Source: a virus
Lineage: Duplodnaviria; Caudoviricetes
Virus record (IMG/VR): IMGVR_UViG_3300013901_000014
Location: 14,875-78,874 of that record
Length of the DNA: 64,000 nt
Direction: 5' to 3' (one strand)
Of the stretch, positions 52,114-62,443 are shown in pieces. Each line of letters opens with the position of its first letter. Positions within the stretch are counted from its first letter, which is position 1. The position numbers were made by a program, and so were the translations under genes. The notes below the pieces were generated by a model. It was not told the DNA's origin. It was given only the letters and a program-made list of their open reading frames with translations, and did not search any database.

Positions 52114-52620
52114 ATGGCAAAGAAAGTAATAATGGCCTGGAGCAAATGTAAGCTCCAAATTGGCAAGATGGGCAGCGACGAGGCGATGGGCACGACCCTC
52201 ACCGAGATTGGCCCGCTGAAGTATCAGAGCACCGAGCTCACAGCCGACGACGGCGACACCCTCCAGATGCAGGAGGAGGGTGCGGGACAGGTGGGTTATG
52301 AGCAGCTGCCTGGCGCGTATTCGCTCACCACGCGCGTGATTGAACCCGACGACGCGCTCTATACCCTGCTCGGCCTCGGCAAGGCCGGCAGCGGCTCGGG
52401 CGCGGGCTTTCAGGTATCGACCCACGTCGTGGCCGACTACTTCAGCATTCAGGTTGACCCGCTCCACACCGGCGCGCGCGGCATCAAGGCCCCGAAGTGC
52501 TCGGTGAGCGTGAAGCCCGGCTTCAGCACCCAGGACGGCAACTACATGGACATCACCTTCGGCATCCTTAACGGTGCCGCCGGCTATTGGTACGAGCGCA
52601 CCACCAAGGCTGCCGAGTAG
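52114..52620 (+). CDS. Major tail (tube) protein
   Basis: 168 aa, strong codon bias, position before chaperone and tape measure. Confidence 0.75.
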   Translation: MAKKVIMAWSKCKLQIGKMGSDEAMGTTLTEIGPLKYQSTELTADDGDTLQMQEEGAGQVGYEQLPGAYSLTTRVIEPDDALYTLLGLGKAGSGSGAGFQVSTHVVADYFSIQVDPLHTGARGIKAPKCSVSVKPGFSTQDGNYMDITFGILNGAAGYWYERTTKAAE

Positions 52621-52689
52621 GCATCCTTTCTTTTTAGATTTTCATCTCTTTTCTTCAGCCAGCCGCGGGCGGGAATACGCGGCATATAT

Positions 52690-52761
52690 CGCGGGGTGGA
52701 GCAGCGGCAGCTCGTCAGGGTCATGACCTGAAGGTCGTCGGTTCGAGTCCGGCCCCCGCCA
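52690..52761 (+). tRNA. tRNA-Met (CAT), initiator-like, no encoded CCA
   Basis: Full cloverleaf: CGCGGGG/CCCCGCC acceptor (C1:C72 mismatch), GAGC/GCTC D stem, TCAGG/CCTGA anticodon stem with loop GTCATGA, GTCGG-TTCGAGT-CCGGC T arm. Confidence 0.9.
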
Positions 52762-52785
52762 CAAAAGACCAAAAACGCGCACATT

Positions 52786-53376
52786 ATGAGCAAAGAACCA
52801 CAGAAGCCCAAGGGCCAAAGCACCATCGAGGCGGCAGCCGCCGACACCATACTCCAGCAGCCGCGCGAGGTGGAGATCGCGGGAAAGCGTTATCAGATAG
52901 CGCCACCCACGCCCGCCACGCTATTTCTCGTGAGCAAGCAAATCAGTTACCTCCCGCCCATCAACCAGGGCGCGAAGAACGTGCTGGCCGAGGTGCTCAG
53001 CAAGGCGAAGGACTGCCGGCCGGTCACACGGATTGCGGCCATTCTCGTTCTTGGCGCAAAGCGCATCAACGAGAAGCGCGAGGTGGAGGTGACCCGCCGA
53101 GAGCTCACCGAGCAGGAGCCGCCCAAAGGGCTGCGGCGCTTGTTTCGCAGGCGCAAGGCGCAGCGCGTGACGGAGCACAGGCGCGCGATGCTCGAAATCG
53201 ACTGGCTGTCGGCGCAGATCGCCGAAAACATGACCATTCAGGAGCTAAGCCAGCTGGTCATCACCGAGCTCGGAGGGCTCGGCATCGGCGATTTTTTCGG
53301 GCTTACCGCTTCCCTGAGCGCGGGCAATCTGCTCAGGCCGAAGGCGGCCGAGACCCCGCAAGCCCCTGGGGCCTGA
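52786..53376 (+). CDS. Tail assembly chaperone G
   Basis: Between tube and tape measure; ends with slippery site. Confidence 0.8.
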   Translation: MSKEPQKPKGQSTIEAAAADTILQQPREVEIAGKRYQIAPPTPATLFLVSKQISYLPPINQGAKNVLAEVLSKAKDCRPVTRIAAILVLGAKRINEKREVEVTRRELTEQEPPKGLRRLFRRRKAQRVTEHRRAMLEIDWLSAQIAENMTIQELSQLVITELGGLGIGDFFGLTASLSAGNLLRPKAAETPQAPGA

Positions 53377-53564
53377 TAGCCGGCTGGGCCGCGGCGCTGC
53401 ACATGACCATCGACACGGTGCTATACGACACGAGTCTGGCCAACCTCATGCTTTACACCGCCGCGCTGCCCCGCTATGGCGACGAGGAGGACAAGCCCTT
53501 TAACCCCGCGCTCGACGCGGACAACCCCGACAATTTCGACGACCAGCCCGACGGCTTCGTCTAA
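53292..53564 (+). CDS. Tail chaperone GT extension via -1 programmed frameshift
   Basis: T-TTT-TTC slippery heptamer 53292-53298 in G frame; -1 frame open to TAA 53562-53564 (SPWGLIAGW...YDTSLANLMLY). Confidence 0.75.
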   Translation, partial: FFRAYRFPERGQSAQAEGGRDPASPWGLIAGWAAALHMTIDTVLYDTSLANLMLYTAALPRYGDEEDKPFNPALDADNPDNFDDQPDGFV

Positions 53565-53585
53565 TCCATAAACGCATCACCACTC

Positions 53586-56500
53586 ATGGCACAATCAAGC
53601 GACAACGGAGCACTCAATTACAGCATCAGCCTTGACACCGACGGGCTGTGGGAAAGCGCGCGCCGCACGCAGGAGGCCTTCGACCAGATAGGCCAGGCCG
53701 CAACGAATGCGGGCCGGCAGATGGACGAGGGCATCGGCGACGGGGCAAGTGCCGCGGGCGACAAGGTCAAAGATTTTGCCGATGACGCCAAGGACGGCCT
53801 CGGGGGCGTGGAGGACATCATCGGCCGCGTGAAGAAGGCCGCCGCAGGCATGGCCGCCGCCTTTGGCGCGCGCGAGCTGATTAGCAAGGTCATCGATGTA
53901 AGGGGCGAGATGCAGCAGCTCGATGTGGCCTTCACCACGATGCTGGGCAACGCGCAGGCGTCATCGGCGCTTATGCAGCAGCTCGTGCAGACGGCAGCAA
54001 CAACGCCATTCGGCCTGACCGATGTGGCCAACGGCGCAAAGCAGCTGCTCGCATACGGCACGGCGGCCGAGGACGTGAACGAGACGCTTGTCCGGCTGGG
54101 CGATATAGCGGCCGGCCTGAGCATACCGCTCAACGACCTTGTATATTTGTACGGCACCACAATGGCCCAGGGCCGCCTTTACACACAAGACCTCAACCAG
54201 TTCACCGGTCGAGGCATTCCGATGCTGGGCGAATTGGCCAAGCAGTTCGGAGTGGCCCAGAGCGAGGTCAAAGGGCTTGTCGAGGCGGGCAAAGTGGGCT
54301 TCCCGGAGGTGCAGAAGGTGATCGAAAGCCTGACCGAGCAGGGCGGCAAATTCGGCGGTCTGATGGCGGCCCAGAGCAAGACCATCACCGGCCAGATTTC
54401 CAACATCGAGGATGCCCTTGATATGATGTTCAACGACATCGGCCAGCAGAGCGAGGGTGTAATCAACACAGCCCTCGGTGCGGTAAGCACGCTCATCGAG
54501 AACTACGAGCGCGCAGGTCGCGTGATAGCCGGCCTTGTGACCGCATACGGCCTTTATCGCACCGCGCTGCTGATTGCCACCGCGGCCGAGAACGGGGCCA
54601 CTATTGCCACTGTCGCACACGCAGCTGCATCCAGGGCCGCGGCCATCGCCATGAAGCTGCTGAACGCGTCAATGCTCAGCAACCCATTTGTGGCCGTAGC
54701 CGCCGCGATTGGCGCGGTAGTCGTAGCCCTGGCGAGCATGAAGACGGAAGCCGAATATGCCAAGGAGGCAACCGACAACTACGAAGAGAGCAAGCAGCGG
54801 ATTATCGACGCGGAGGCGGAGCACAAGCAGAAAATCGATGAACTTTGTGCCACCGCAGGCGACGAGAGCCAGGCGACATCGCTGCGCCGCCAGGCACTGC
54901 TTGAGCTTGAAAAGCAGTATCCGTCAATTTTTGCAAAATACGACACCGAGGCCGAGAAGTTGCGCAATATCGCCAACATCAAGCGCGAAATCGCCGCACT
55001 TGATGGCAAGAACGCTTTCAATGAGGAGAAGTGGAACAACAAACGCATCGAGGAACTGAAAAAGAAAAAAAATCGAAAACAGGTTATCGTATATGATGCC
55101 GAGGGCAAGGCGCACACTCAAACTATTGAGAACACAGGCCCGGCAACGTCAGAAGAGGCTGCTGAGCTCAAAGTGCGCCTTAAGAAGCAAAAAGAACTTT
55201 ATAAGCAGACGCAAACCCAGCGCACCGATGCATATTTTTTGAACCTCCAAAACACCAGCGACAACGTGCTGCGATATCGCAAGAAGCAGCTCGACCGAAT
55301 GATGGGCAAGGCCATGCGTGCGGGCGGTGAAAAGGGCGCGGTCAGCAGCACCGACACGGCGCTGTTTGGTACCATAGCCTACGACCTGCCAACGCTTCAA
55401 GCATACTACAACAAGGTGACTGACGAGCAGAATCGTCGTGCCGGAAAAGGCGGTGGTAAGACAACTCCCACTACCCCTGCCACGCCAAAAAGTGGCGGCA
55501 AGGGCGGAGGCAAAGGCGGCCGCACAGGCGAAAAGACAACCCCGGACAAGGCAGAGACCGATGAGGCGGCGAAGAACGCCGACACGGCCTACAAGCTGCA
55601 GCAGGATGCGCTGAAACGTGAGCAGGAGCTCGACGAGCAAAAAGACAAGGTCGAGCAAGCGCGCATCGACACTATCACCGACAACGGGGAAAAGCAGCGC
55701 GCCCAGCTGGAACTCAACCACAAGAAGGAGCTGCGGGAGCTTGAGCAGGAGCGCCGCGACTACCTCAACCAAAAGGTCGAGAGCGCCAAGGCCGCATTCG
55801 ATGCCAACCCGAAGAACAAGGGCAAGGCATTCAACTATTCAGCCGTGACGCTCACCAGCGAGGAGGAGAAATTATTTGACGGCCGCCGCAGCCTGCTTCT
55901 GCAGAAGCAGCAAATCGAGAACAGCGCCCTCCTGGAAGCCGAGCGCCAGGCACACAACGAGTATTTGAAGCAGTACGGCTCCTACATGGAGAAGCGCGCC
56001 GCAATGACGGCCCTTGCCCAGAAGCAGCAGGCCCAGGCGGCCACACAGGGCGAGAAGGACAGCATCGCAGCCCAGCTGAAGAAGGACCTCGAGGCGCTCG
56101 ACTTCGAGCAGTTCAAGAAGCAAATGAATTGGGAGCAGGTATTCGGCGACCTCGGCACCATCGGCACCGAAGCCTTGGAAAGCCTCCGCGACCAGCTGAC
56201 CCGCTTCATCAGCGTCAACAAGGACCTCGATCCGACGAACATCAAAACCATCACTGACGCAATCAAGAACATCGATGACACGCTGGCCACGCGAGACCCA
56301 TTTGGCAAACTCGTGAGCGGGATCAAGGAGTATGCCGCACTGACCGGACGGCTCAAGCGGGCGAACGAGGACCTGAAGTCGGCGGGCAAGGTGACCGCCG
56401 TGGGCGGCAATGGCGAAAGCCTTGCCGAGGCATACCGCAATGCCGTGGCCAGCGGCGACCAGCTGAGGGCTGAGCAACTGAAGGAACAGGAGGTGACGAT

Positions 56501-57959
56501 GGTCACCGCCAATGCCAACGGCGAGCTCACGGCGAAGCTGATGACCTATGGCGAGGCCCTCGAATATGTAACCAAGCTGCAGAACGATGCCAGCAGCAGC
56601 GGCTCGAAGCTCGCGGGGGCATTCAGGGCCGCGGGTGGCAACCTCAGAAGCATCGCATCCGTCGGCAAGAACGCCAGCGAACTGCTGGGCGAGTTCGGGG
56701 TGAAGGTACACGAGGGCATCGGCAAGGCGCTGAGCGGCCTCGGAGACATGGGCGACGCCCTGGAGGCATTCGACGTGACCAAGCCCGGCTCATTCCTGAA
56801 TATCAACAACTACATCAACTTCGCCAAGGGCGCGGTTCAGGCGGTGAAGGGCATATTCACGGGCATAGCCGGCATTTTCGGTGGCGGCTACGACTGGGAC
56901 GCATACAACGAGATGGTCGAGAAGTACAAGGCCCTGAACGCCCAGTGGGACGAGCTTATCAAGAAAAAGCGCGAATATATCGCCGAAAGCTGGGGCCAGG
57001 AAGCCGCGGCGGCGGGCGAAGCGGCCAACGAGATGGTGCGCTCGCAGACCGAGGCGGCCCGCAACATGGCGAGGACATGGACCGAGGCCGGCAAGGATTG
57101 GAGACACCACAGCCAGGGCTACAACCTGAACAAGGCCCTGAGCGACGAGGCCAAGAGCGAGGCACAGAAGTTCATCGGCTCGAATTGGCAGCAGGAGGTG
57201 CTTTATAACCTCACCCCCGACCAGCTGAAAAAGCTGATGGAGGATCCCCAGATGGCGACATTCTGGGCCGAGGTGAAAGCCAACGCGGGCGACTTCTACG
57301 AATACCTGCAGCAGATAGCCGCTGAGAGCGAAAACCTCAAGACCAACACCGAGGCCACCTACAAAGCGCTAACATTCACCGATTACGACAGCCTTGAAGA
57401 CAGCTTTGCATCGATGCTCACCGATATGAGCAAGAGCGCGAAGGACTTCTCGGAGGACCTCGAGAAGCAGTTCAGGAACGCAGTGCTCCGCGGCCTGATT
57501 AATCAAAAATATACGAGCCAGCTCAAGGCGATTTATGAGAAGTGGGCAAAGCTGACCGAGAGCGGCAACGAACTGACCGCCGACGAGGCCGCGGGGCTTA
57601 AAAAGGAGTATGAGTCCATCGTGAACAGCGCGCTCAAGGACCGCGACCAGCTGGCCACCTCGATGGGCTGGAGCAAGGACGCCACGAGCCAAAGCAGCAG
57701 CACAAGCGGCTTCGAGGCGATGAGTCAGGACACGGCCAGCGAACTCAACGGGCGCTTCACCGCCCTGCAGATGGACACCGCCGCAATACGCGCGGAGGCA
57801 GCCGCAAATTTCGCCACGCTGAACCAGAGCGTTGGCGAGATACAGAGCATCGCCCTCCTCGGCCTCGGGCACCTCGAGGACATCAGCCGAAACACCCGGC
57901 AGCTCTATGAGATTAAGGACGCATTAACGGACATCAAAAAGCATACGCAGCGATTATGA
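53586..57959 (+). CDS. Tape measure protein
   Basis: 1457 aa helical; TAATTPFGLTDVANGAKQLLAYG...GRLYTQDLNQFTGRGIP tape-measure domain. Confidence 0.92.
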   Translation: MAQSSDNGALNYSISLDTDGLWESARRTQEAFDQIGQAATNAGRQMDEGIGDGASAAGDKVKDFADDAKDGLGGVEDIIGRVKKAAAGMAAAFGARELISKVIDVRGEMQQLDVAFTTMLGNAQASSALMQQLVQTAATTPFGLTDVANGAKQLLAYGTAAEDVNETLVRLGDIAAGLSIPLNDLVYLYGTTMAQGRLYTQDLNQFTGRGIPMLGELAKQFGVAQSEVKGLVEAGKVGFPEVQKVIESLTEQGGKFGGLMAAQSKTITGQISNIEDALDMMFNDIGQQSEGVINTALGAVSTLIENYERAGRVIAGLVTAYGLYRTALLIATAAENGATIATVAHAAASRAAAIAMKLLNASMLSNPFVAVAAAIGAVVVALASMKTEAEYAKEATDNYEESKQRIIDAEAEHKQKIDELCATAGDESQATSLRRQALLELEKQYPSIFAKYDTEAEKLRNIANIKREIAALDGKNAFNEEKWNNKRIEELKKKKNRKQVIVYDAEGKAHTQTIENTGPATSEEAAELKVRLKKQKELYKQTQTQRTDAYFLNLQNTSDNVLRYRKKQLDRMMGKAMRAGGEKGAVSSTDTALFGTIAYDLPTLQAYYNKVTDEQNRRAGKGGGKTTPTTPATPKSGGKGGGKGGRTGEKTTPDKAETDEAAKNADTAYKLQQDALKREQELDEQKDKVEQARIDTITDNGEKQRAQLELNHKKELRELEQERRDYLNQKVESAKAAFDANPKNKGKAFNYSAVTLTSEEEKLFDGRRSLLLQKQQIENSALLEAERQAHNEYLKQYGSYMEKRAAMTALAQKQQAQAATQGEKDSIAAQLKKDLEALDFEQFKKQMNWEQVFGDLGTIGTEALESLRDQLTRFISVNKDLDPTNIKTITDAIKNIDDTLATRDPFGKLVSGIKEYAALTGRLKRANEDLKSAGKVTAVGGNGESLAEAYRNAVASGDQLRAEQLKEQEVTMVTANANGELTAKLMTYGEALEYVTKLQNDASSSGSKLAGAFRAAGGNLRSIASVGKNASELLGEFGVKVHEGIGKALSGLGDMGDALEAFDVTKPGSFLNINNYINFAKGAVQAVKGIFTGIAGIFGGGYDWDAYNEMVEKYKALNAQWDELIKKKREYIAESWGQEAAAAGEAANEMVRSQTEAARNMARTWTEAGKDWRHHSQGYNLNKALSDEAKSEAQKFIGSNWQQEVLYNLTPDQLKKLMEDPQMATFWAEVKANAGDFYEYLQQIAAESENLKTNTEATYKALTFTDYDSLEDSFASMLTDMSKSAKDFSEDLEKQFRNAVLRGLINQKYTSQLKAIYEKWAKLTESGNELTADEAAGLKKEYESIVNSALKDRDQLATSMGWSKDATSQSSSTSGFEAMSQDTASELNGRFTALQMDTAAIRAEAAANFATLNQSVGEIQSIALLGLGHLEDISRNTRQLYEIKDALTDIKKHTQRL

Positions 57960-58396
57960 AGTATCGGTTATATATCAACGGCAAGCTCGCCTCGGCCCAG
58001 GGCATAATCCTCGGCCAGGGCTCCGTGGCCGCGCTCCGCCAGCACGGGGGGCTTAAGGATTGGCCCTCGAACGAGAACGCGGGCATCGACGGGAAACGCG
58101 TATTGCCCGGCTTCACGCCAAAGGCAGCCGCCCGCGACGTGCAGCTGACGCTCGGCCTTCAGGCCGCGAGCTTCGCGCAGTTCATCGAGCGCTACAACAA
58201 GTTTGTGGACACCCTCGAGGCCGGAGCTGTGGACATGCGCATCGACGCCTCGGCGGACAACGGCGCAACGTGGACCACGGGTGAGACCTATCACCTGCTT
58301 TATGTGAGCTGCGCGCAGTATAGCGAGTTCAACGGCCGCCTGGCGAAATTTGTCGCCAAGTTCAACGAGCCAAATCCGAAAAACAGAAAGGCATGA
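57956..58396 (+). CDS. Distal tail protein (putative)
   Basis: 146 aa after tape measure, ends FNEPNP. Confidence 0.65.
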   Translation: MKYRLYINGKLASAQGIILGQGSVAALRQHGGLKDWPSNENAGIDGKRVLPGFTPKAAARDVQLTLGLQAASFAQFIERYNKFVDTLEAGAVDMRIDASADNGATWTTGETYHLLYVSCAQYSEFNGRLAKFVAKFNEPNPKNRKA

Positions 58397-61300
58397 ACGG
58401 CATCGAGCATATAACGATCTACACCCAGACGGGCGGGGTGAGGGCTGAAGTGATACCCAACGACGGCAGCACCTACTCGGCCGAGCTGATGAAGAAGGAG
58501 GAGCTGGCGCTGAAGTTCACGCTGGCCGAGCCGGTATTGTTCCAGCTGGGCGATTGGTGCGAATGCCGAGGGGGACGCTTCGAGGTGACGCAGCCGCAGC
58601 GGCCCACGGCCAACAGCGCGGGCGGCTGGCGCTACGAGTTGACGATGCCCGCCCACTATTGGAAATGGGCGAACAAAATCCTCTATTACGACCGCCAGCA
58701 CGCCCGCGAGTGCAGCTTCACGCTCACGCACGACATCGCCCACCACGCGGCGCTGATATTGAGCAACCTCGCGGCGCTCGGCTACCAGTACGAGGGCAAG
58801 GACTACACAACGAGCATCGGCAGCGATGTGACCGCTGAGCTGCGGCTCGTGAGCTACTCGAACACGAGCATCACCGACGCGCTCACGGCCATCGCCGACG
58901 CCTTCGAATGCGAATGGTGGGTGACGGGCAACGTTATCCATTTCGGCCGCTGCGAACTTGGCACGGAGGTCGAGCTGGCCGAGGGCGACGAGGTGCAGGG
59001 CATGAGCGCCAGCGACAGCAGCCAGAGCTATGCCACGCGCCTTATCGCCTTCGGCTCAACGCGAAACCTTACGCAGGCATACCGCCCGGACACCGAGGAG
59101 GTGGTCGTGGGCAGCATACGCGAGAAGCGGCTGATGCTTCCGGCTGGCACGCCCTACATTGACACCGAGGAGGGGCTCAGCACCGAGCGCGCAGTAGAGA
59201 AGGTACTCGTTTTTGACGACATCTATCCACGCCGCGTCGGCACCATCGCCGCCGTGACGACGAAGACCTACACCGACGAGGACACCAACACGGGCGAGAA
59301 GACCGACTGGCAGGCATACCGCTTCACCGACGAGGGCATCAACTTTTCAAGCGATTACAGGCTCAAGGACAGCACCGAGGCGTTGAAGGTGATATTCCAG
59401 AGCGGCAGCCTCGCGGGCATGACGTTCGACGTGAACTTCAACCCCGACGGCCTGGCCGAAAAGGACGGCGCGGGGGCATGGAACAAGGCCGCACAGGTTT
59501 ACGAGATTGTGCGCAACGACACCTATGGCATCAAGCTGCCCAATGACACGCTGAAGCCCGCGGCGGGGGATAAGTATGTATTGTTTAATTTCGACATCAG
59601 CTATCTCAGCGCAGACCTCGGGGGCAAGAGCAATTACATCGGGCTGGCCGAGCAGGAGCTGCTCGAAGCCGCCAAGAAGGAGGCCGAGAAGTTGAAGGTG
59701 GACAGCAAGAGCTACTCATGCCCGATGAACATCGTGCGCTATTACGGCTACACCGAGGGCGCCGATGGCAAGCTCACCCACGCCACCGCCGACGAGCTCG
59801 ACTTCAGCCTCGGTCAGAAGATAAAGCTCGTGAACCCCGCCTTCTTCAAGAGCGGGCGCTCATCGCGGGTTTACGGCTTCGAGAAGTACCTCGACGGCAC
59901 GAAGGTGACCTACACGGTGAGCGGCAACAGAGAGTATTCGCGGCTGCAGGAATTGAGCGACAGCATCAGCACGCTTGCCTACAACGGCTACACCTACAAG
60001 GGAGCAGCGGGCGGCCAGGGCGGTGGGGCAAGCATATACCTCATCACCACGCACGACGCGACCACGCCAAGCGATAACAACGCCTACTCGGCCGCCCGCG
60101 CCTTGGCGCAGTTCGCCGACAAGGACGCGGCATATAACGACTTCCTGCGCAAGAACACAGGCGACAAGGCGACGGGGTATATCACCTTTGAGGGCGGCGC
60201 GAGCGTGACCGAGCTGGCGGTGACAACGCTGGCCGATATCGCGCGGGCCATCATCGCCAAGGCAGGCAGCGAGCGCTTCAGCGACGGCTTCACCGGCGAG
60301 GGCTGGCAGATATGGCAGCAGAACGGGGAGAGCAGCATGACGCTCGACCGCATCACCGTGCGCAAGGCCATGACCGTGCTCGAGCTGCTCATCGAGCGCA
60401 TCCGCGCCATCGGCGGCCAGCTGATAGTGAGCGCCGCCAACGGCAAAATTAAAGAAGTGAAGAAGGGCGGCGGATATTACAACCTCACCCTCGAGGAGGG
60501 GCACGGCACGTTCACCGCCAACGATTATGTGCGCTGCCAGGCATTCACCGGCGGTGCTGTAAAAAGCTACTGGGCGCGCGTCAGGGCCGTGAGCGGCGAC
60601 ACAATATCGGTCGACGCGGCCGACATCACAGAGGGCAACGACCCCGCAGCGGGCGACGAGCTGGTGCTGCTGGGCAACGCCACCGATGAGGCAAGGCAGA
60701 GCGCGGTGAGCATCAGCGCCACCGAGGACGGCAAGCCGCGCATCGATGTGCTCAACGGCATCACCGGCCCGACGCTTGAGGGCTGCCTGCGCGCCCGCCT
60801 GGGCGATTTGTCGGGCATCAGCGACAGCTACTTCCCGGCAAACGTGCAACCCCAGGGACACGGCCTTTATAGCGATAACGCCTACCTTCATGGCACGTTC
60901 GTGCTCAAGGACGGGCGCGAGGTGAGCCAGCTATTCAGCATCATGGACGGCAAATTGCAGAGCGTGATCAGCGAGGACTGGAACAGGCACAACCTGCTCG
61001 CAAACGGCTGGTTTCTCAACGGCCCGCTGGGCTGGCAGAACGGGTCGGGTGGCATACCGCAGCCAGGCGGCACGGCAATCGGCGTTACCGCAGACGGGGT
61101 GCTCACGAATATCGGCTACCCGGTAGTTACCGGCAAGACGGCATCCGAGTGGGCCGTCAAGGCCGAGGGCGGAATAACTTATCTCGCCATCACAGGTAAC
61201 GACGGCACGCTGCAAACGATGTACTTCAACAATATGCCGGCAGAGGCGGGCGCGTTGACGCTGAGCCTGAAAGTACGCACTGCCAACACCAGCGTTGGCA

Positions 61301-62424
61301 CGAGCCTCACCGTGCTGCTGCTGTACAACGACGGCGAAACATTCATGCCGGATGCCGAGGTGCCCGCGGGCACGGAATGGACAACGCTCAGCTTCGACCT
61401 CAACGCGGAGGTGAAATCGATAACAGGCCTGATGTTCATGGCGGGCATCAGCGACGACGTCGAGATGGACTTTGCCCAGATAACGCTCGCGGCAAAGCAG
61501 ATCACGCGCAGCGAGATCAAGCAAACGGCCAAGAGCATCAGCCTGAGCGTGACGGAGGACAACAACGGCAAGCTGAAGAAGGCGGGAATCGACATCGACA
61601 AGGAAACCGTCACAATCAGCGCGGCTCACACGCTCATCGAGGACGAAAACGGCAACCCCGTTGCGGCCTTCGAGGGCGGCAAACTGAAGACCGCATTCCT
61701 CGACCTGGGCTCTCTAAATCTCAGCAGCGACGACATTCCGATGATTGGCGAGCTCACTCCCTCGATCAACAACGAGGCGGTGACGGCTGCGACGAAATCG
61801 GTTGCCCTGAGCGGCACAAACGGCACAAAATCGACCGAGACGCTGACGTTCAGCGTGGCCTCGTTCGTCAACGACACCGCGAGCAAGCGCATCTACTTCA
61901 GCGCGCGGGCAAGCGCAAACGACAGCCTCTGGCTGCGCATAACGGAGACAGAGGTTGTCGTCGAGTACGAGAGCAGGATATCGGACGACCTTTACAAGAC
62001 CGAGAGCTGCACGCCGACCTATCGCGGCGGCGGCAACTGGAGTTTCGAAACCGACAAGCCGATAAGGAACCTGAAGGTGACGCTGACCGCGAAGACGCTC
62101 ATCAGCACGGCATCGAGTATGGAGGTTGCCGGGCGGCTCACGCTCAGCATCGGCGGCTATCAGGGCGGCGACGCAATAGCCATTGTGCCGCTCAGCAGCA
62201 CCAGCATGCTCACCGAGACCATCATCGGAGCCAACGGCTTCGCAAGCATTTGGCAGTCATCATTCATATTTCACCTGCAGTCTAACAGCAAGACCTACAT
62301 CGACGGCAACGGAGTGGCGCATGATCAGCCGGCCGGCTGCACCATCATGGCGGGTGATTACGGCTGGCGCATCACCGCGGGTGGCATACAGACGACAGCC
62401 GACCGCGGGCTGAATTGGAAATAA
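58393..62424 (+). CDS. Tail tip/baseplate hub protein with C-terminal host-specificity region
   Basis: 1343 aa; YATRLIAFGSTRNL, FDDIYPRR, LIVSAANG, carbohydrate-binding-like segment near aa 870-1030. Confidence 0.8.
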   Translation: MNGIEHITIYTQTGGVRAEVIPNDGSTYSAELMKKEELALKFTLAEPVLFQLGDWCECRGGRFEVTQPQRPTANSAGGWRYELTMPAHYWKWANKILYYDRQHARECSFTLTHDIAHHAALILSNLAALGYQYEGKDYTTSIGSDVTAELRLVSYSNTSITDALTAIADAFECEWWVTGNVIHFGRCELGTEVELAEGDEVQGMSASDSSQSYATRLIAFGSTRNLTQAYRPDTEEVVVGSIREKRLMLPAGTPYIDTEEGLSTERAVEKVLVFDDIYPRRVGTIAAVTTKTYTDEDTNTGEKTDWQAYRFTDEGINFSSDYRLKDSTEALKVIFQSGSLAGMTFDVNFNPDGLAEKDGAGAWNKAAQVYEIVRNDTYGIKLPNDTLKPAAGDKYVLFNFDISYLSADLGGKSNYIGLAEQELLEAAKKEAEKLKVDSKSYSCPMNIVRYYGYTEGADGKLTHATADELDFSLGQKIKLVNPAFFKSGRSSRVYGFEKYLDGTKVTYTVSGNREYSRLQELSDSISTLAYNGYTYKGAAGGQGGGASIYLITTHDATTPSDNNAYSAARALAQFADKDAAYNDFLRKNTGDKATGYITFEGGASVTELAVTTLADIARAIIAKAGSERFSDGFTGEGWQIWQQNGESSMTLDRITVRKAMTVLELLIERIRAIGGQLIVSAANGKIKEVKKGGGYYNLTLEEGHGTFTANDYVRCQAFTGGAVKSYWARVRAVSGDTISVDAADITEGNDPAAGDELVLLGNATDEARQSAVSISATEDGKPRIDVLNGITGPTLEGCLRARLGDLSGISDSYFPANVQPQGHGLYSDNAYLHGTFVLKDGREVSQLFSIMDGKLQSVISEDWNRHNLLANGWFLNGPLGWQNGSGGIPQPGGTAIGVTADGVLTNIGYPVVTGKTASEWAVKAEGGITYLAITGNDGTLQTMYFNNMPAEAGALTLSLKVRTANTSVGTSLTVLLLYNDGETFMPDAEVPAGTEWTTLSFDLNAEVKSITGLMFMAGISDDVEMDFAQITLAAKQITRSEIKQTAKSISLSVTEDNNGKLKKAGIDIDKETVTISAAHTLIEDENGNPVAAFEGGKLKTAFLDLGSLNLSSDDIPMIGELTPSINNEAVTAATKSVALSGTNGTKSTETLTFSVASFVNDTASKRIYFSARASANDSLWLRITETEVVVEYESRISDDLYKTESCTPTYRGGGNWSFETDKPIRNLKVTLTAKTLISTASSMEVAGRLTLSIGGYQGGDAIAIVPLSSTSMLTETIIGANGFASIWQSSFIFHLQSNSKTYIDGNGVAHDQPAGCTIMAGDYGWRITAGGIQTTADRGLNWK

Positions 62425-62443
62425 CATTTAATACTTATAAATC

